The notes below the pieces were generated by a model that was not told where the DNA came from, did no database searches, and saw nothing but the letters and a program-made list of their open reading frames with translations. Below, piece after piece: positions 39,111-50,672 of a DNA stretch of 64,000 nt. The position numbers were made by a program, and so were the translations under genes. Source of the stretch: Eutreptiella sp. 'Long Island Sound 2002' (taxonomy: Eukaryota > Protista > Euglenida); the NCBI GenBank assembly GCA_964036045.1, contig OZ038378.1, forward strand, positions 9,238,001 to 9,302,000. The letters are read 5' to 3'. The first letter of the stretch is position 1. The number at the start of each line of letters is the position of its first letter.

Positions 39111-40891
39111 AATAAGTCAACTAGTGAGGCAAGCAGACAGTCATTTGGGCAATTAGCAAGCAGACAGAAACACACAGTTTGGATTGTTTTTAGTGGCAAA
39201 CTCAGCTCCCAGCCGTGGGGAGGGCAACGAGGGCCAGAACAAATAGCAGTCGAACAGTAATGCAGCCGGCTGCAGACTTTGAGGTCAGCAGTTAGAATCC
39301 CGGTGGGCCAACAATGGTGGCGGCGCCACACATAATGCCGGCCGACCAGGATTCAACGTGCAATTGTGCAGTTGCCTACATTACCATTTGACCGTCGTTT
39401 GTTTTGGGATGCGTTGCTCTCCCCACTGATTAAACCTTTCTAACCACAAACTTTTGACCTCCCCGGCCTCCAAAAATTGATATTCAATTTCAGAAAATGC
39501 AAGCATCAAAATCAAAAATTCCATTGGACGATTGTCTTATTGGGCAAAATGTTGGACATCAAATATCATGCCTTGGGGTATGCTATTCGAATGACCCACC
39601 AAAAAGGAAGGATATATGACATTACAGCACCCCCTATGTCAGGCCTGGTGCATGCCATTACACTGCCATTGAGGGCAGTGGACATGGGGGGAGTGCACAA
39701 CCTGGGAGGGGGGGTTACTTTGGCCGCGATGGGTGCCCCCCACCCCCCCTGTTTTTCAATTACCCCCCCCCCCCCCGGCCCCCTCCCTGTGGCTTAGCAA
39801 GTCCTTGGTCCAGTCAGCAGTACTAAAGGCGAATAAAGCCCAGCAACAGGTCCACGGTCCGACTTCCACATCCCACACACCCTGTCGTCCTTTTTTGCCT
39901 GGGCACCGGAGGTGTCTTGATCTAACCTCTCTTCGAAGTGATTTTCCATCGGGCAACCTGCCCTACCCCTGTAGGCCATTGAGGATTCCTTTGCGCCAAT
40001 GAGGATTCCTCTACATCAATAGGCACCTAAAAAAATAGCACCCAGGTACAGGGTCAAATTCAAAAAAATCATTGGAAACTCCTAGTATAATGATGGTTTT
40101 ACAAAGGGTTGGACATCCGATATCACACCTTGGGGTATGCTATGCCAATGACCCCAAAATAGTGTGTTATATGGTGCCTGCGCCTGCACTTGATCCAACA
40201 ACCTCTCTTCGAGGTGATTTCCTTCGCAGTCCAAACATGATTCCAGAGTGTGATGTCCCGAGTGTGAACATCTTCTTGACACCACCCGCCAAAACACTTC
40301 TGTCCACCACTTGCCAAATTGACCAAAATTGCCCCCCCCCCCCAAAAAAACAAAAACAATGAATGAGATGAGATGAGACGAGAAAATATTCTTGATCATT
40401 CAACGTTTCTTGCGGCAAAAATGTTGCCATCAAAATCATCCTACTCCTTGGCTCCTCAAATGGTGCACATTCCTCCACATTCCCTGAACAACTCGACGAT
40501 GCAGCAGATGATCATCTTGTGGCGGTGTGTTGTCTGGATTGCTGCAGCCACATGCCAGAGCGGGGGGGGGGGGGGGTTAAAAAAAATGCACTGCACCAGA
40601 TCAAAGCATTCTACAATCTGACCATATCCATCAAAATTCTTAACCACAAAACACCAGGCTCGTCTCTGGTATCAAATTGAACTAACTCATGAATGAACAC
40701 AGCACAGCTCCTCGGATACCTGGACATGCTGCATGCTCACAAGAGTTGATACAAAAACAGCACAAACCACGTTCACTGCCCTAATACCCTACCATACTTC
40801 CATTTCACCAGCCCTGCACCCTCTTTGGAGCACCCAGTGACATCGAATGCCTGACACTTCTATCAGCATCCCTGTCTACTGCAACCTGTGT

Positions 40892-41015
40892 GGAACATGT
40901 GCAGGAACATGTGCAGGAACATGTGCAGGAACATGTGCAACAAATACCCTGCAAACCGGCGCTGTGTGGAACATGTGCAGGAACATGTGCAACAAATACC
41001 ACTGCAACCCGGCGC
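40892..41015. repeat. 12-bp GGAACATGTGCA tandem repeat in two blocks (4 + 2 copies)
   Basis: Each block is followed by ACAAATACC..TGCAA.CCGGCGC, giving a higher-order duplication. Confidence 0.9.
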
Positions 41016-42914
41016 AGATACAATCCGCATGCAAACGGGTGCAGGTGACATCCGCATTAATATGGTCAAATAACCGGGACAAAGATGAAGAAATATATAA
41101 CACCGACTTAAAAATAACTGCAAAAATGTGATGATACAAGCGGTTGCATCAAGCAACTTTTGACAGGTGTCAAATTACAGCACACGTATAGCAAAATCTT
41201 GACGGTACAGATATGCAGAAAATGTGTACTCCAGAAGAATCTAAGCAAGGAGCAAGGAGGGTGGTCATCCATTCCTCCAAATATGTCATCCAACGGGTCG
41301 ACAGAACATCTTATGGTTTGGCCAGTCGGCTCTTTGGCAATCTACGCTGCAATACCAGACATTCTGGCACTGGCCGCAAAGCATGAGGGGGCCTTTCGAG
41401 GGACCAGATTGGGCGCTGCAGCGGTTGCATTGTCCAGGGTGTTGTTGGAATCCCATAGCACGGGCATCACCACTGATGGCCTAGGACAAATATAGCGGAG
41501 AATGGCTCAGCGTTCGGGAAAGGGTCTGGAATATCTCAATGGCAAGAGACTGGGAGCGCACCAACTAACCACCGCAAATGGTGTGGGGTAGGGCAAGGGG
41601 GCGGTGGCCCACACCCAGGCCAAAGCGGGCATGTTTCAGGTCCCCATGTCGGACCATGTCGAAGAGACCAGTCTTCGTCAGAGAAAAAAAAGCCTCGAGA
41701 ATGCGGTCTATCACGGTCTGGCGTGGGTAGGTTTTGTTCATTCTAGTGCCACATCCAAGACCCCAAAGAAGATGACCATTTGGTGTGGCTTGTTTGAGTC
41801 GTGACTGTCCAACTTTCTGTGGACGTGTTCGGCACAAATAGCACGAAGACAAAACCGCAACGCAGGTTTGGCACAAAACAGTGGCATTAGTGGGCAGAGG
41901 GTCAACGGGCAAACCCTTCCAAACGATGCATGCAACCAGGGCACCACATGGTGTTAACCGTGCGCTGCACTTGTCGCACCTGAGCAAGCTGGACAGACGC
42001 ATCACAGCACTGCTTGGAGCTGCAGAGAGGGATTACAGGGTCCACCAAAATGAAGTTCTGATTTGCGTTTCCAAAACATTGCGGGGTGATTTGAAGCTGC
42101 ATGGCCTGTTTCGAGCATGCTGAGCAGGGGACTGGGGACACAGCGGCAAGCATTTGGCCATGCATCGCCTGGCTCAAGTGCCGCAAGAAGTAGATGGAAT
42201 CCTCTTGGTTGCGGTTGAGAGCGGCCAAGTCCTACGACGGAGTGTAGATCAGACGTGCATTCGGAAAAACGGAGAACATGGAGGGTCATGAGACAGCGCA
42301 CAAAGAAAGCTGACAAAGCTCACGTTACTTGTACAGTCGCAAGTCGCAATGGTGCCAAGGTGTGGTGCTCCCAGCTATATGCCAAGGGGGTTTTGGCATG
42401 ACGCCATGGTGTGATGATCTCGTCTGCAGCTGGCGGCGCCTACTGGCCGTATGCCAAGGGGGGTGACATCGCCTCCAATAATGCGTACTGCAGACATGAC
42501 CTTGCACAGGAGGGTGGGAGGGGATTGATACAGGGTGCTCCGAACTCGAGTGTCTGACGTACCGTGACTGCCACTGCGCAATGCACAAAGGCATCTGTTG
42601 TGTAAATGCTACCTGCATAATGTAAAGCCATTGCAAGTGCAAGACCTGCTTCCTACCCCTCAGTGATCATACCCCTCCACAAGTGCTGCAGTCATCGGAA
42701 ACCATATGTATGGTGAGACTGCATCACATATCAACGATCCACGCGCTTGCCATCATCTTTCAAATCATCATCATTATCATCATCAGGGCTGGGTTCCATA
42801 TGACTGCATACAAGGGGGGCTACAAAACGAGACATACAAGACCATTTTCACAGATGCAGCACAGAATGGCACAGGGCACAAACCAGAAAAAAAACACCAA
42901 CAATCCCCCAGTCC

Positions 42915-43005
42915 CGAGATTCGGAAATATTCGGAATATTCCGAAGTATTCGGAAATACAGGTTCCGCTCTGATTCGGAAATACTCGGCAGTATTTGGAA
43001 ATCTT
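42915..43005. repeat. Short cluster of TTCGGAAATA-like motifs
   Basis: About 6 variants, some in inverted orientation (ATTCCGAA); typical of subterminal TE motifs. Confidence 0.6.
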
Positions 43006-46000
43006 CGTGTACGGATGGGCCAAAAGCCCTGTCGTGTGTAGTTATTGGTGTGCCCATACTCACTATATTTATTTATATCCATTTCTGGCATGTGACCACA
43101 GCACAAGGTGCCCCGCTCTCAAATTTGTCTCGCCGTCCACCTTCAATGTGCCAAGCACTTACGAACCGAGTCGAATCTGGCGTGTAACGTCATATTGTAT
43201 CTGGCTCAATTCGTCATGGCAAACCGAATTGCGAGGACCACACCCGAGAAAGATGGAACGGAAATGCAACTCAGACACCACATCCCTCTTTTTGGTGGTG
43301 CCATGTGGACCGTGTTGTATGATGTGATCTGGAGACCGACCATATGGGGGGGGGGCGTGATCCTGCAATGTTCTGCTTGGATATGGGCTTCTTCCATTTG
43401 TTCACGTCTCCGTGATGCTCACAAAGGGCAATCGCATTGTGGTGGGTGTCACTTTTAGCTTTGTGTTCAGAAGGTGCACATCCTCATGCCGATGCTCATT
43501 CCCTTTCTGAATGGTCTTCTTCCTTCAACACGTCAATTAATGAATTGGAACGTGCAGTGGGGTGACAGACCACAGGGGGCTAAAACAGGAGACTGTGCAC
43601 GAGGGGACTGTTCTCATGCATGTACTGTAGACCTGCACACACGAGCGTTGTCACAGGCAGAGGGGCTTGACACAGGTGGACCCAGAACACACGGGGACCG
43701 GCGATAACAACACCATAACCAAGCTTGTTTGGGACACGATGTAATTTCTGTGGTATTTCACGGATGTGAAGTTGTTGAAGCCTCCCGGCACAACCGCTCT
43801 GGTCTGTCAACGCACAAGTGTGATTTGGTGTATGCTGGATAGTGGTTTTGGGCCTTTTTGTGTGCACACACCCAAGTCACCCTGCACCACCCCTGTGCGA
43901 CGCGTGCGAGATCAGCGCGAGTCGATGGCAAATCTGAGCACACTGAGGGTCACATCGAAACGGGCAACACTGAGAACCGTGGGATGTGGTGCGGGGGCGG
44001 TTCCGTGCTGTAGCATCACCCAATACTCAGCCTGGGCTGACCCCGTACGTGTGCCAATCAGCAATACCCGTTTCCGTCAAACCGAAATCAGCAGGAACTA
44101 ACTGCATGTCTGTGGCCCAGTTCCTTGCGAGTCGTCTCAGTCGTCTCTGTACCGGCATTCTTCTTTCTTCCGTCAACAAATAGCCCCTCTTCCGGGTTTC
44201 TTCGGCGCTGCTCGGGACATTGGAATTGGTTGAAGAGGTTGACACTGCATCCCATTTTCACCGTATCAGCGCCGCTGCGAATCGACCGCTGCCAGCACCC
44301 ACCGTTTTATGCATTTTGGATACCACAAACCCAGGAGCCTTCCTCTTCCCCTCCACTGTCGGTACTCGTGAGCGGTGTAACCTCCCACTGCTTCCTACCT
44401 GACTCTTCAGCTGTTTGATCGTTGGCAGATGGAGGATACCTTGTACTGCGGTGGCAAATCCACCACCCTGACGAATGGTGCTTTCTGAGGTCCAACTCTT
44501 GCCAGGAACAAAGTCTGCCCCGGTCTCACGGGGTTGCTGGCGACCATGGAGTCGATCCATGCTGCAATTTCACGTTGAGCCGACATGTGCTTCCCTACAA
44601 GAGAGCATGTCGCAGTTAAAAACGTGAGCGGGATGTTGCATCTGTCCCCGGCAGACAGTTGCTGTTGCCGGCACTGCGGCGGGTGCAAAATATTTGAATG
44701 ACTTAAAACGCACCGTTTTTGCTGCACGGCCTCTTTTGACAGTCGCACAAGGTAAGTTGCAAGGCTGTTTTTGAGCCCAGCTCGACTTCCGAGCCCCCAG
44801 CTATGCGAACACACAACGTCTTGGGACTTGCTGCGGGCTGCTGCGCTTTGAGCAAAGACCTGCACTGCATTGGAGCAGGAAAAAAAAAACGAAACCCCAG
44901 TCCCAGCGACGTCGCTTCATCGCGCAGCACCTCGCACGCCGCAGTCAATACGAAGAGAGTTGTGAGACCTGACTACTGGAAATTTCCGAAAAGTGGCAGC
45001 AGCGAGAGTACGACCTGCTAAACCTCGACGCGAAATTGCTCCTGAACTGAATGCTGAAGCGAAGAACCACTCCGCCAAGCATTGCTATGCACGTCGCCCG
45101 ATCACGGTCTCAGTAGCACTGAATGTCCATGAAATTGGCATAGATGCAAGCGCGAGTGAAACTAATCCAAGAATAACCGAATTCCCAGCTTTTATCTGGT
45201 CCTGATAATCTGGGTTCTGCTCATAACAGCATCATCAGATGGTGCCACGCCTTGTTGCGCCCTCTTACAGCTCACCGAAACGCCATGTTTAACCTTACCC
45301 GTAAGGCTCTGTCCGAGGGTTCCTCCCTCTATGTGGCTCTGGAGCAGCGAGTTCAATTGCCCCAAAAGGGCACGATTTACCGCCACCTGTCCCCCTGGGA
45401 ACTGAAGGTCACAGGCAACGGCCCCCGTCAGATGTACCGCCTGGGGCTGCAGAAGATCAGATATTTCAGCATTATCACCACACCCGCTATCATGATGGCA
45501 GGAGTCTATCGTCTGATTTGGGTGTATTGCGAGAAGTTGGAAGAAGAGAGGAACTGGGCGTGCGCGGTCTGAAGGGGGAACGGCAGCCTGTATTCTCGCA
45601 TTTTCTTCAAACTTTTGTTATATTTTTATAAGGAGCGGGTGTTTCATAGCTTCATCCACAAATGGAAGTACAGGAACTCAAACGTTCAAATCCAGCGCTC
45701 TATCTTTCATTGCTTCTGTGGACGGTTGGTGTGTGTTGTGTCGTGTTCTTGTGCAGCCGTTCACTCATTTCGAGTGCGAGCAGCCGATCCTGTCGTGAGT
45801 GTGCTGCAATAGTGATGCGGTGCTTTCCCTGCATGCAGAGTCTTCAGTCCCAACCGATCAAATGCATGGAACCTTGTTCAAGTTGGCCCGTCAAACGCGA
45901 AGTGGTTGTGCGAAATTTATACAGTTAGCAGCTAGCATTTAGCAGTTGCCTTCTGCGGTTCGTCTGAGCGAACGCAAAAATTTGAGACCTCCTTTGAAAG

Positions 46001-48239
46001 CTGGACTGCAACAAACGGTTTTCGAGTGGTGCGCATACACGCACGCACAGCACACGCAGCGCATACACCGTGTCCGCTTCTTTCCGGCTATGCCTGGTCA
46101 GCTCTTTGAAGCAGTCTCAGAAGTAGTTTTGTTGTTGGTGAGTGATCCCTGTTAGATGTAGCACCAAAATTATCACAAGCAAATGGAAATTCGTTGACAA
46201 ATTGAACAGTTTTGCAGCAGTGTCCTACATGCTTTTTTTTGTACGAGACGGCGCCTGTGTCTGGCTGTTGGGCTTCTGGAGACGAGGTGTCAATAGGTTG
46301 GATACGGCAACAAGGAGGATGGCAACAAGCCTTGGTGGCAGAACGCAAACCAAAACCAGCCAGTGCAGAAGACCAGTCACACTGAAAACCAAGATTTTGT
46401 TGTTAGGGGTTGTGGTTTCCTGCTACACACACATTTTCCCTTCCTACTGCACCCCCTCCCCTGCCCCTGCCGCAACGCGGCCCACATACAACTTTTTGGA
46501 AGTAGTCCCACAGCGAGGGCCACACCTTACAATTGGTGGTACACTGGGCTACCATGCAAAAAAGTGTGAGAGACAAAGCACAACGTTACTTCATGCATGA
46601 TGAACATACAAACAAATGGGGGTTGTGTCCAACTCAGAAAGTGCTGCAACCTGAATTGGATCAACAACGGTCCTGTCAGGTTGTGGTCATTGGATTGGAC
46701 CTTGAATTATTGATGGATATCATTACACGCCCAACTTCAACATATTGCATGTATGATTTTTTTGCACATGCACGCTCTTTCTGGCCATCTAGGGAATGTG
46801 TGCACACGTACGCAATTTATTTGTATTAGGTAATTTGTGTGTGGCACCTTTTTTTCGAAGACGAAATGTATGCGCTGGCCCATTTTCTGAGTAGTGCAGA
46901 AGGGAATCTGTGTGCACCCACCTGCAACAAGGCATTTGTGCACACATACCCACCCGTGCTTTTCCGGGCTATGCATGAGGGATGTTGTGTGCAAAAATGA
47001 CCCCACAAAAACGCCATCTTTTGCCAAAATTCACTTTCGGGGTAGGGTGGCATAGTAGTAGGTCTGTGGTACAGAAACTGCTCAGTCTACCTTGTGGGAT
47101 TCCCATGGGACTCACCCATTCCAAATGGCCTATAGATTGCGAGGGACAGACATGCTTTTCAATGCATCCGAAAGGTTGCGGGTCACATTTGAATAAACAA
47201 GCAATTAACAAAGAATTAAAGGCTATTTTAGTTCAGTTCTTGGCGAAAAATTTTCATCTCCGGTTAAGAAAATGAAAAGAAAAATGCTTCACGATCGTAA
47301 AAATCGATTGCCATGTGGACGAAAACAACAAATGCTAAATTTGTAAATTCAACCAAAAGAACAACCCGTGAAACCAATACAACTTGTTACGGCAAAACTT
47401 TTTCAACAAAACATTTAAGTTTGAGCTTAAGTTACCCTAAACCCAAAAATTGTTACGGCAAATATGTTTCAAACTTCCAAGAATTTAAAAAAAAACCTTT
47501 CAAGCCATACTTGACAACAGGGCTATAGTGAAAAATATAGGAATTGCGGCCCGATGAAACAACAAGTTAGAAAAGACGTCCAAATGCCCCCTTGGTTGGT
47601 GTGCTACATAGGTACAATTTAGAGTCAAACTAGTGCCATGCGCAACCTAACAGTAGTAAACGGAGAATTTTTCTTACATATTGTTGCCTAGAGCCGTGTC
47701 CCCCTCATTTTGGAATTCAGTACTTCAAACTGCACACAACCACGACTTTCTACTTTCGGAACATGTTGGAGCACGTAAGCAGCTTGGCAAAAGCAAAAAA
47801 GAGCCCAGGACCGCCTACCTCAAGTTGATTACTTTTGATCGCACAAAGAGAAATCAACCCATGGAAGTTCCAAAGAACCACCAATTTCTACAAAAAACAG
47901 AGCTGTACGACAACTCTTAAGCATCGTATGGCCCATCTCTATGTCAACCTAGAACCATAGTACGGGAAAACAAGTTTGGGTATGGGGGTAGGAGACGTGA
48001 TAGAGGGTGAAGGAACGACGTATGGTTTTACACTCACTGTTTTATTTCACATTACTCTTTGTATATGTGTTATGAAATGTCTGACCTGGCTAGGGACAGT
48101 TTTACAAATGGGGTCTGGGATCGCATTTGGGCTTGCTATTCATCCACTTCGACATACATTGCTATTAGAGTAGCATTGCTCAAACTGCTTCTGTTTGCTG
48201 TGTTGTGTCATTTGTTGCTTTGGTGGCATAAAACTACCT

Positions 48240-48460
48240 TAGGGTGGTTTTATAACCGCGAAAAGTGTGGTTTTAACAACGTGGGTAGTTTTAGTCCCCA
48301 AAAAGGGTGGTTGAATCTCCCCAGAGCGGTGGTTGTATCCCCCAAAAAGGTGGTTTTATCCTCCGTCCGAAAAAGTAGGCATAAAACCATCCGGGGTGGT
48401 TCTAACGGTGGTTTTATCCCCCATTTGGGGGTGGTTTTATGCCCGGAACCACCCCTAGGA
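48240..48460. repeat. GGTGGTTTTAT-motif repeat cluster
   Basis: About 8 copies at ~20-30-bp spacing, plus inverted AAAACCA(T/C)C copies. Confidence 0.7.
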
Positions 48461-48943
48461 GCTTCGTTGCCTCCCCATCTAGGCATGTGTACCTAGATGC
48501 CAGGTCAGCAGCAAGCCGCCGGCACATGGCACGGAACACAAAATTTTGAGTCAAGCCCGAACATATTTCTTCCAACATGTTCTCTTGTGGAGCTGAATGG
48601 GACGTGCATTAAGTGGCCCGTTTCGCACTAGCAGTGCCTCATGGCTGTGAAACACAAGGGTGCTCTGCTCCAGTGGTGCGGATTGCCCCAACCATGCACA
48701 CCTTGACCGGCAGCAGTGACTGCAAAGTAGCTTGATAGTGATACACTAAAAAGCAGCAACTTGCCCACAAAGAGGATGAGGCAATAAGCAACTATCAGTA
48801 CATCCCTACTACTGGGCAGTTTTGCACACTTTAAATCTACGGTATGTTGTAGGAAATACTGCTACCTATTGCCGAGTGCTTTTTTTTTCTTTCAAACATG
48901 AGATGAAAATCAAAACTGTGGCATGGCTTATGTCACGAACTAT

Positions 48944-49666
48944 GGGGGAATCCTTGCACTGCGCGCGCACTGCGCGCTACTTTTAGACTATCTTCCTCCC
49001 GAAGAGCCCCTAGGCACGTCCCTTGGAAACACCCTTAGAATTAGGCGACGCAAACTGGACCAGAGGGGACCTTGGGGGGGGCCTTCCTAGTTCTTGTGGC
49101 ATGGTGAAAGACCAGGGGCCTTTGGGGGGGAACTTGACTGTGTGTTAGGCAACGGAGATGGAGGGCAATCAGGTGGCGAGGCTGAACTTGGGATGGCAAA
49201 AGAGATGGACTACATCTTGCATTGCCCATTCACCACTCTCAACCCATCTTGGTAGTATTCCAAGTGGAGGAGTCCGTCTTCAGCCGTCCCAACCACCGTG
49301 GCAGGAGCTCGCAGGCCATTGGAGCGGGTGTAGAACACCCTATCCCCAATACTGAGATCCATGGAGAAAATGGGCCTAAGAAATGAGGAGGGAAGTATGA
49401 TGTCCTATAGCAGGCACCCTCAAAGTGTATCACCGTATCAATCAACCGAGAAAAAGAGTAGATGTGGTGGAAATGGACAAAAAATGTGTGCAAAAAAAAT
49501 AGAAATGGGTGAACCAGGGTGAACATCCAAAGATGCTAGATCCCCGATGCATCAAAACCTACTACCAAACAACAATGATGCCCAAAGTACCACAAAGTAT
49601 GTGTTTCTACTACGGCCAGGCGCCCAAATAGTTGCATTGTGCGCGCACTGCGCTTAAGGCGCCCCC
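48944..49666. mobile_element. GGGGG...CCCCC family, copy 3
   Basis: Conserved ends; exact TSD TAT/TAT. The interior shows no visible similarity to copies 1 or 2. Confidence 0.85.
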
Positions 49667-49915
49667 TATGGGCAAAGGTCCGCCCAATGATTTTCCATGG
49701 TGCTATGTGCATCAATGACAACGCTTTTGTGATATTGTCTCATTGTGCGAAAAAGGCTCCCCCAAACCATGCCGAATGCTCGGTGAGTGGAGGAGACACA
49801 CAGCATGTGGGTGCAACCCTCTCAATACCACCAAAAGTGTGCCCAAAGGGCCTGATTTCAAGATGACCATGACCGACACCGTTTTGTTACAAAACGGCCC
49901 ACCCAACGGTGCCTA

Positions 49916-50672
49916 GGGGGAACGTTTGCCCAGCGCGCTACTTTTCTATTAATTATCCCTACTTAATTCTATTAAGTATCCCCAGATTTATCCTCTCATG
50001 GAGAAGCCCCCCAAGTGGACCACGTTGCACTGCACACCTTCCCTACAAAGCACGTTGCATAATAAGGCAATAGCGTTGAATTCAACAACTCCAAATGTCA
50101 CTTGTATTGTACTTAACAAACAACATTGGTCCCACAAGTGTGGGTGTCAACACATTCAGTACAATAGTGCTTCTTACACTCATCACAAACTTTGATGGTG
50201 GAACGCTTCTGACAACACGACACACACACACACACTTCCACACACTTTTGCCTCATCTTCTGCCTCATCTTGCATGGTGGCCAACTTGCTTTGGTCAGTC
50301 CCAACATGAGGCGGTACATGCTCCCATGGTCCATAAGGGGGGACGACTCACCTGCCCGCGAATACAAAATTGCATAAAATGCAACAAAATACGGACTGAA
50401 TGGTGCAACTCATTGGGGCCACCTGCATTCTCGGGGGACCCCAACAAAAAGGACAAAATCAGAAGTGGCTGCCTCACCCTTGCCTTCTCAGGGGCCCAAA
50501 AGAGGGCGGAAGTGCTAGGTAACCCCTGCGTTCTTGGGGGTCCCCAAACAAGGGGACAAAATCAGAAGTCAAAACCTAGGGGCAACAATGATACCCCTAG
50601 TATCTCAAAGAATGTGTTTCTAGTACAGCCAGACGTCCAAACAGTTGCACAGTGTGCCCTTAGTGCACCCCC
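49916..50672. mobile_element. GGGGG...CCCCC family, diverged copy 4; zinc-ribbon fragment plus a nested repeat
   Basis: Left end GGGGGAACGTTTGCCCAGCGCGCTACTTTT; right end CCCTAGTATCTCAAAG..TG.GTTTCTAGTACAGCCAGACGTCCAAA...GCACCCCC. ORF 50113-50367 has CVSC-x9-CDEC-x4-CTEC-x3-HTC. Segment 50430-50580 resembles 12450-12600. TSD not exact (cta/taa). Confidence 0.75.

Noticed and set aside
44420-44590. Glutaredoxin-like start (AWIDSMVASNPV)
   Set aside because: No CGFS/CPYC motif; the similarity is too short.
46800-46900. VICVWHL resembling the MULE CxxH motif
   Set aside because: No convincing flanking D1/D2/E motifs.
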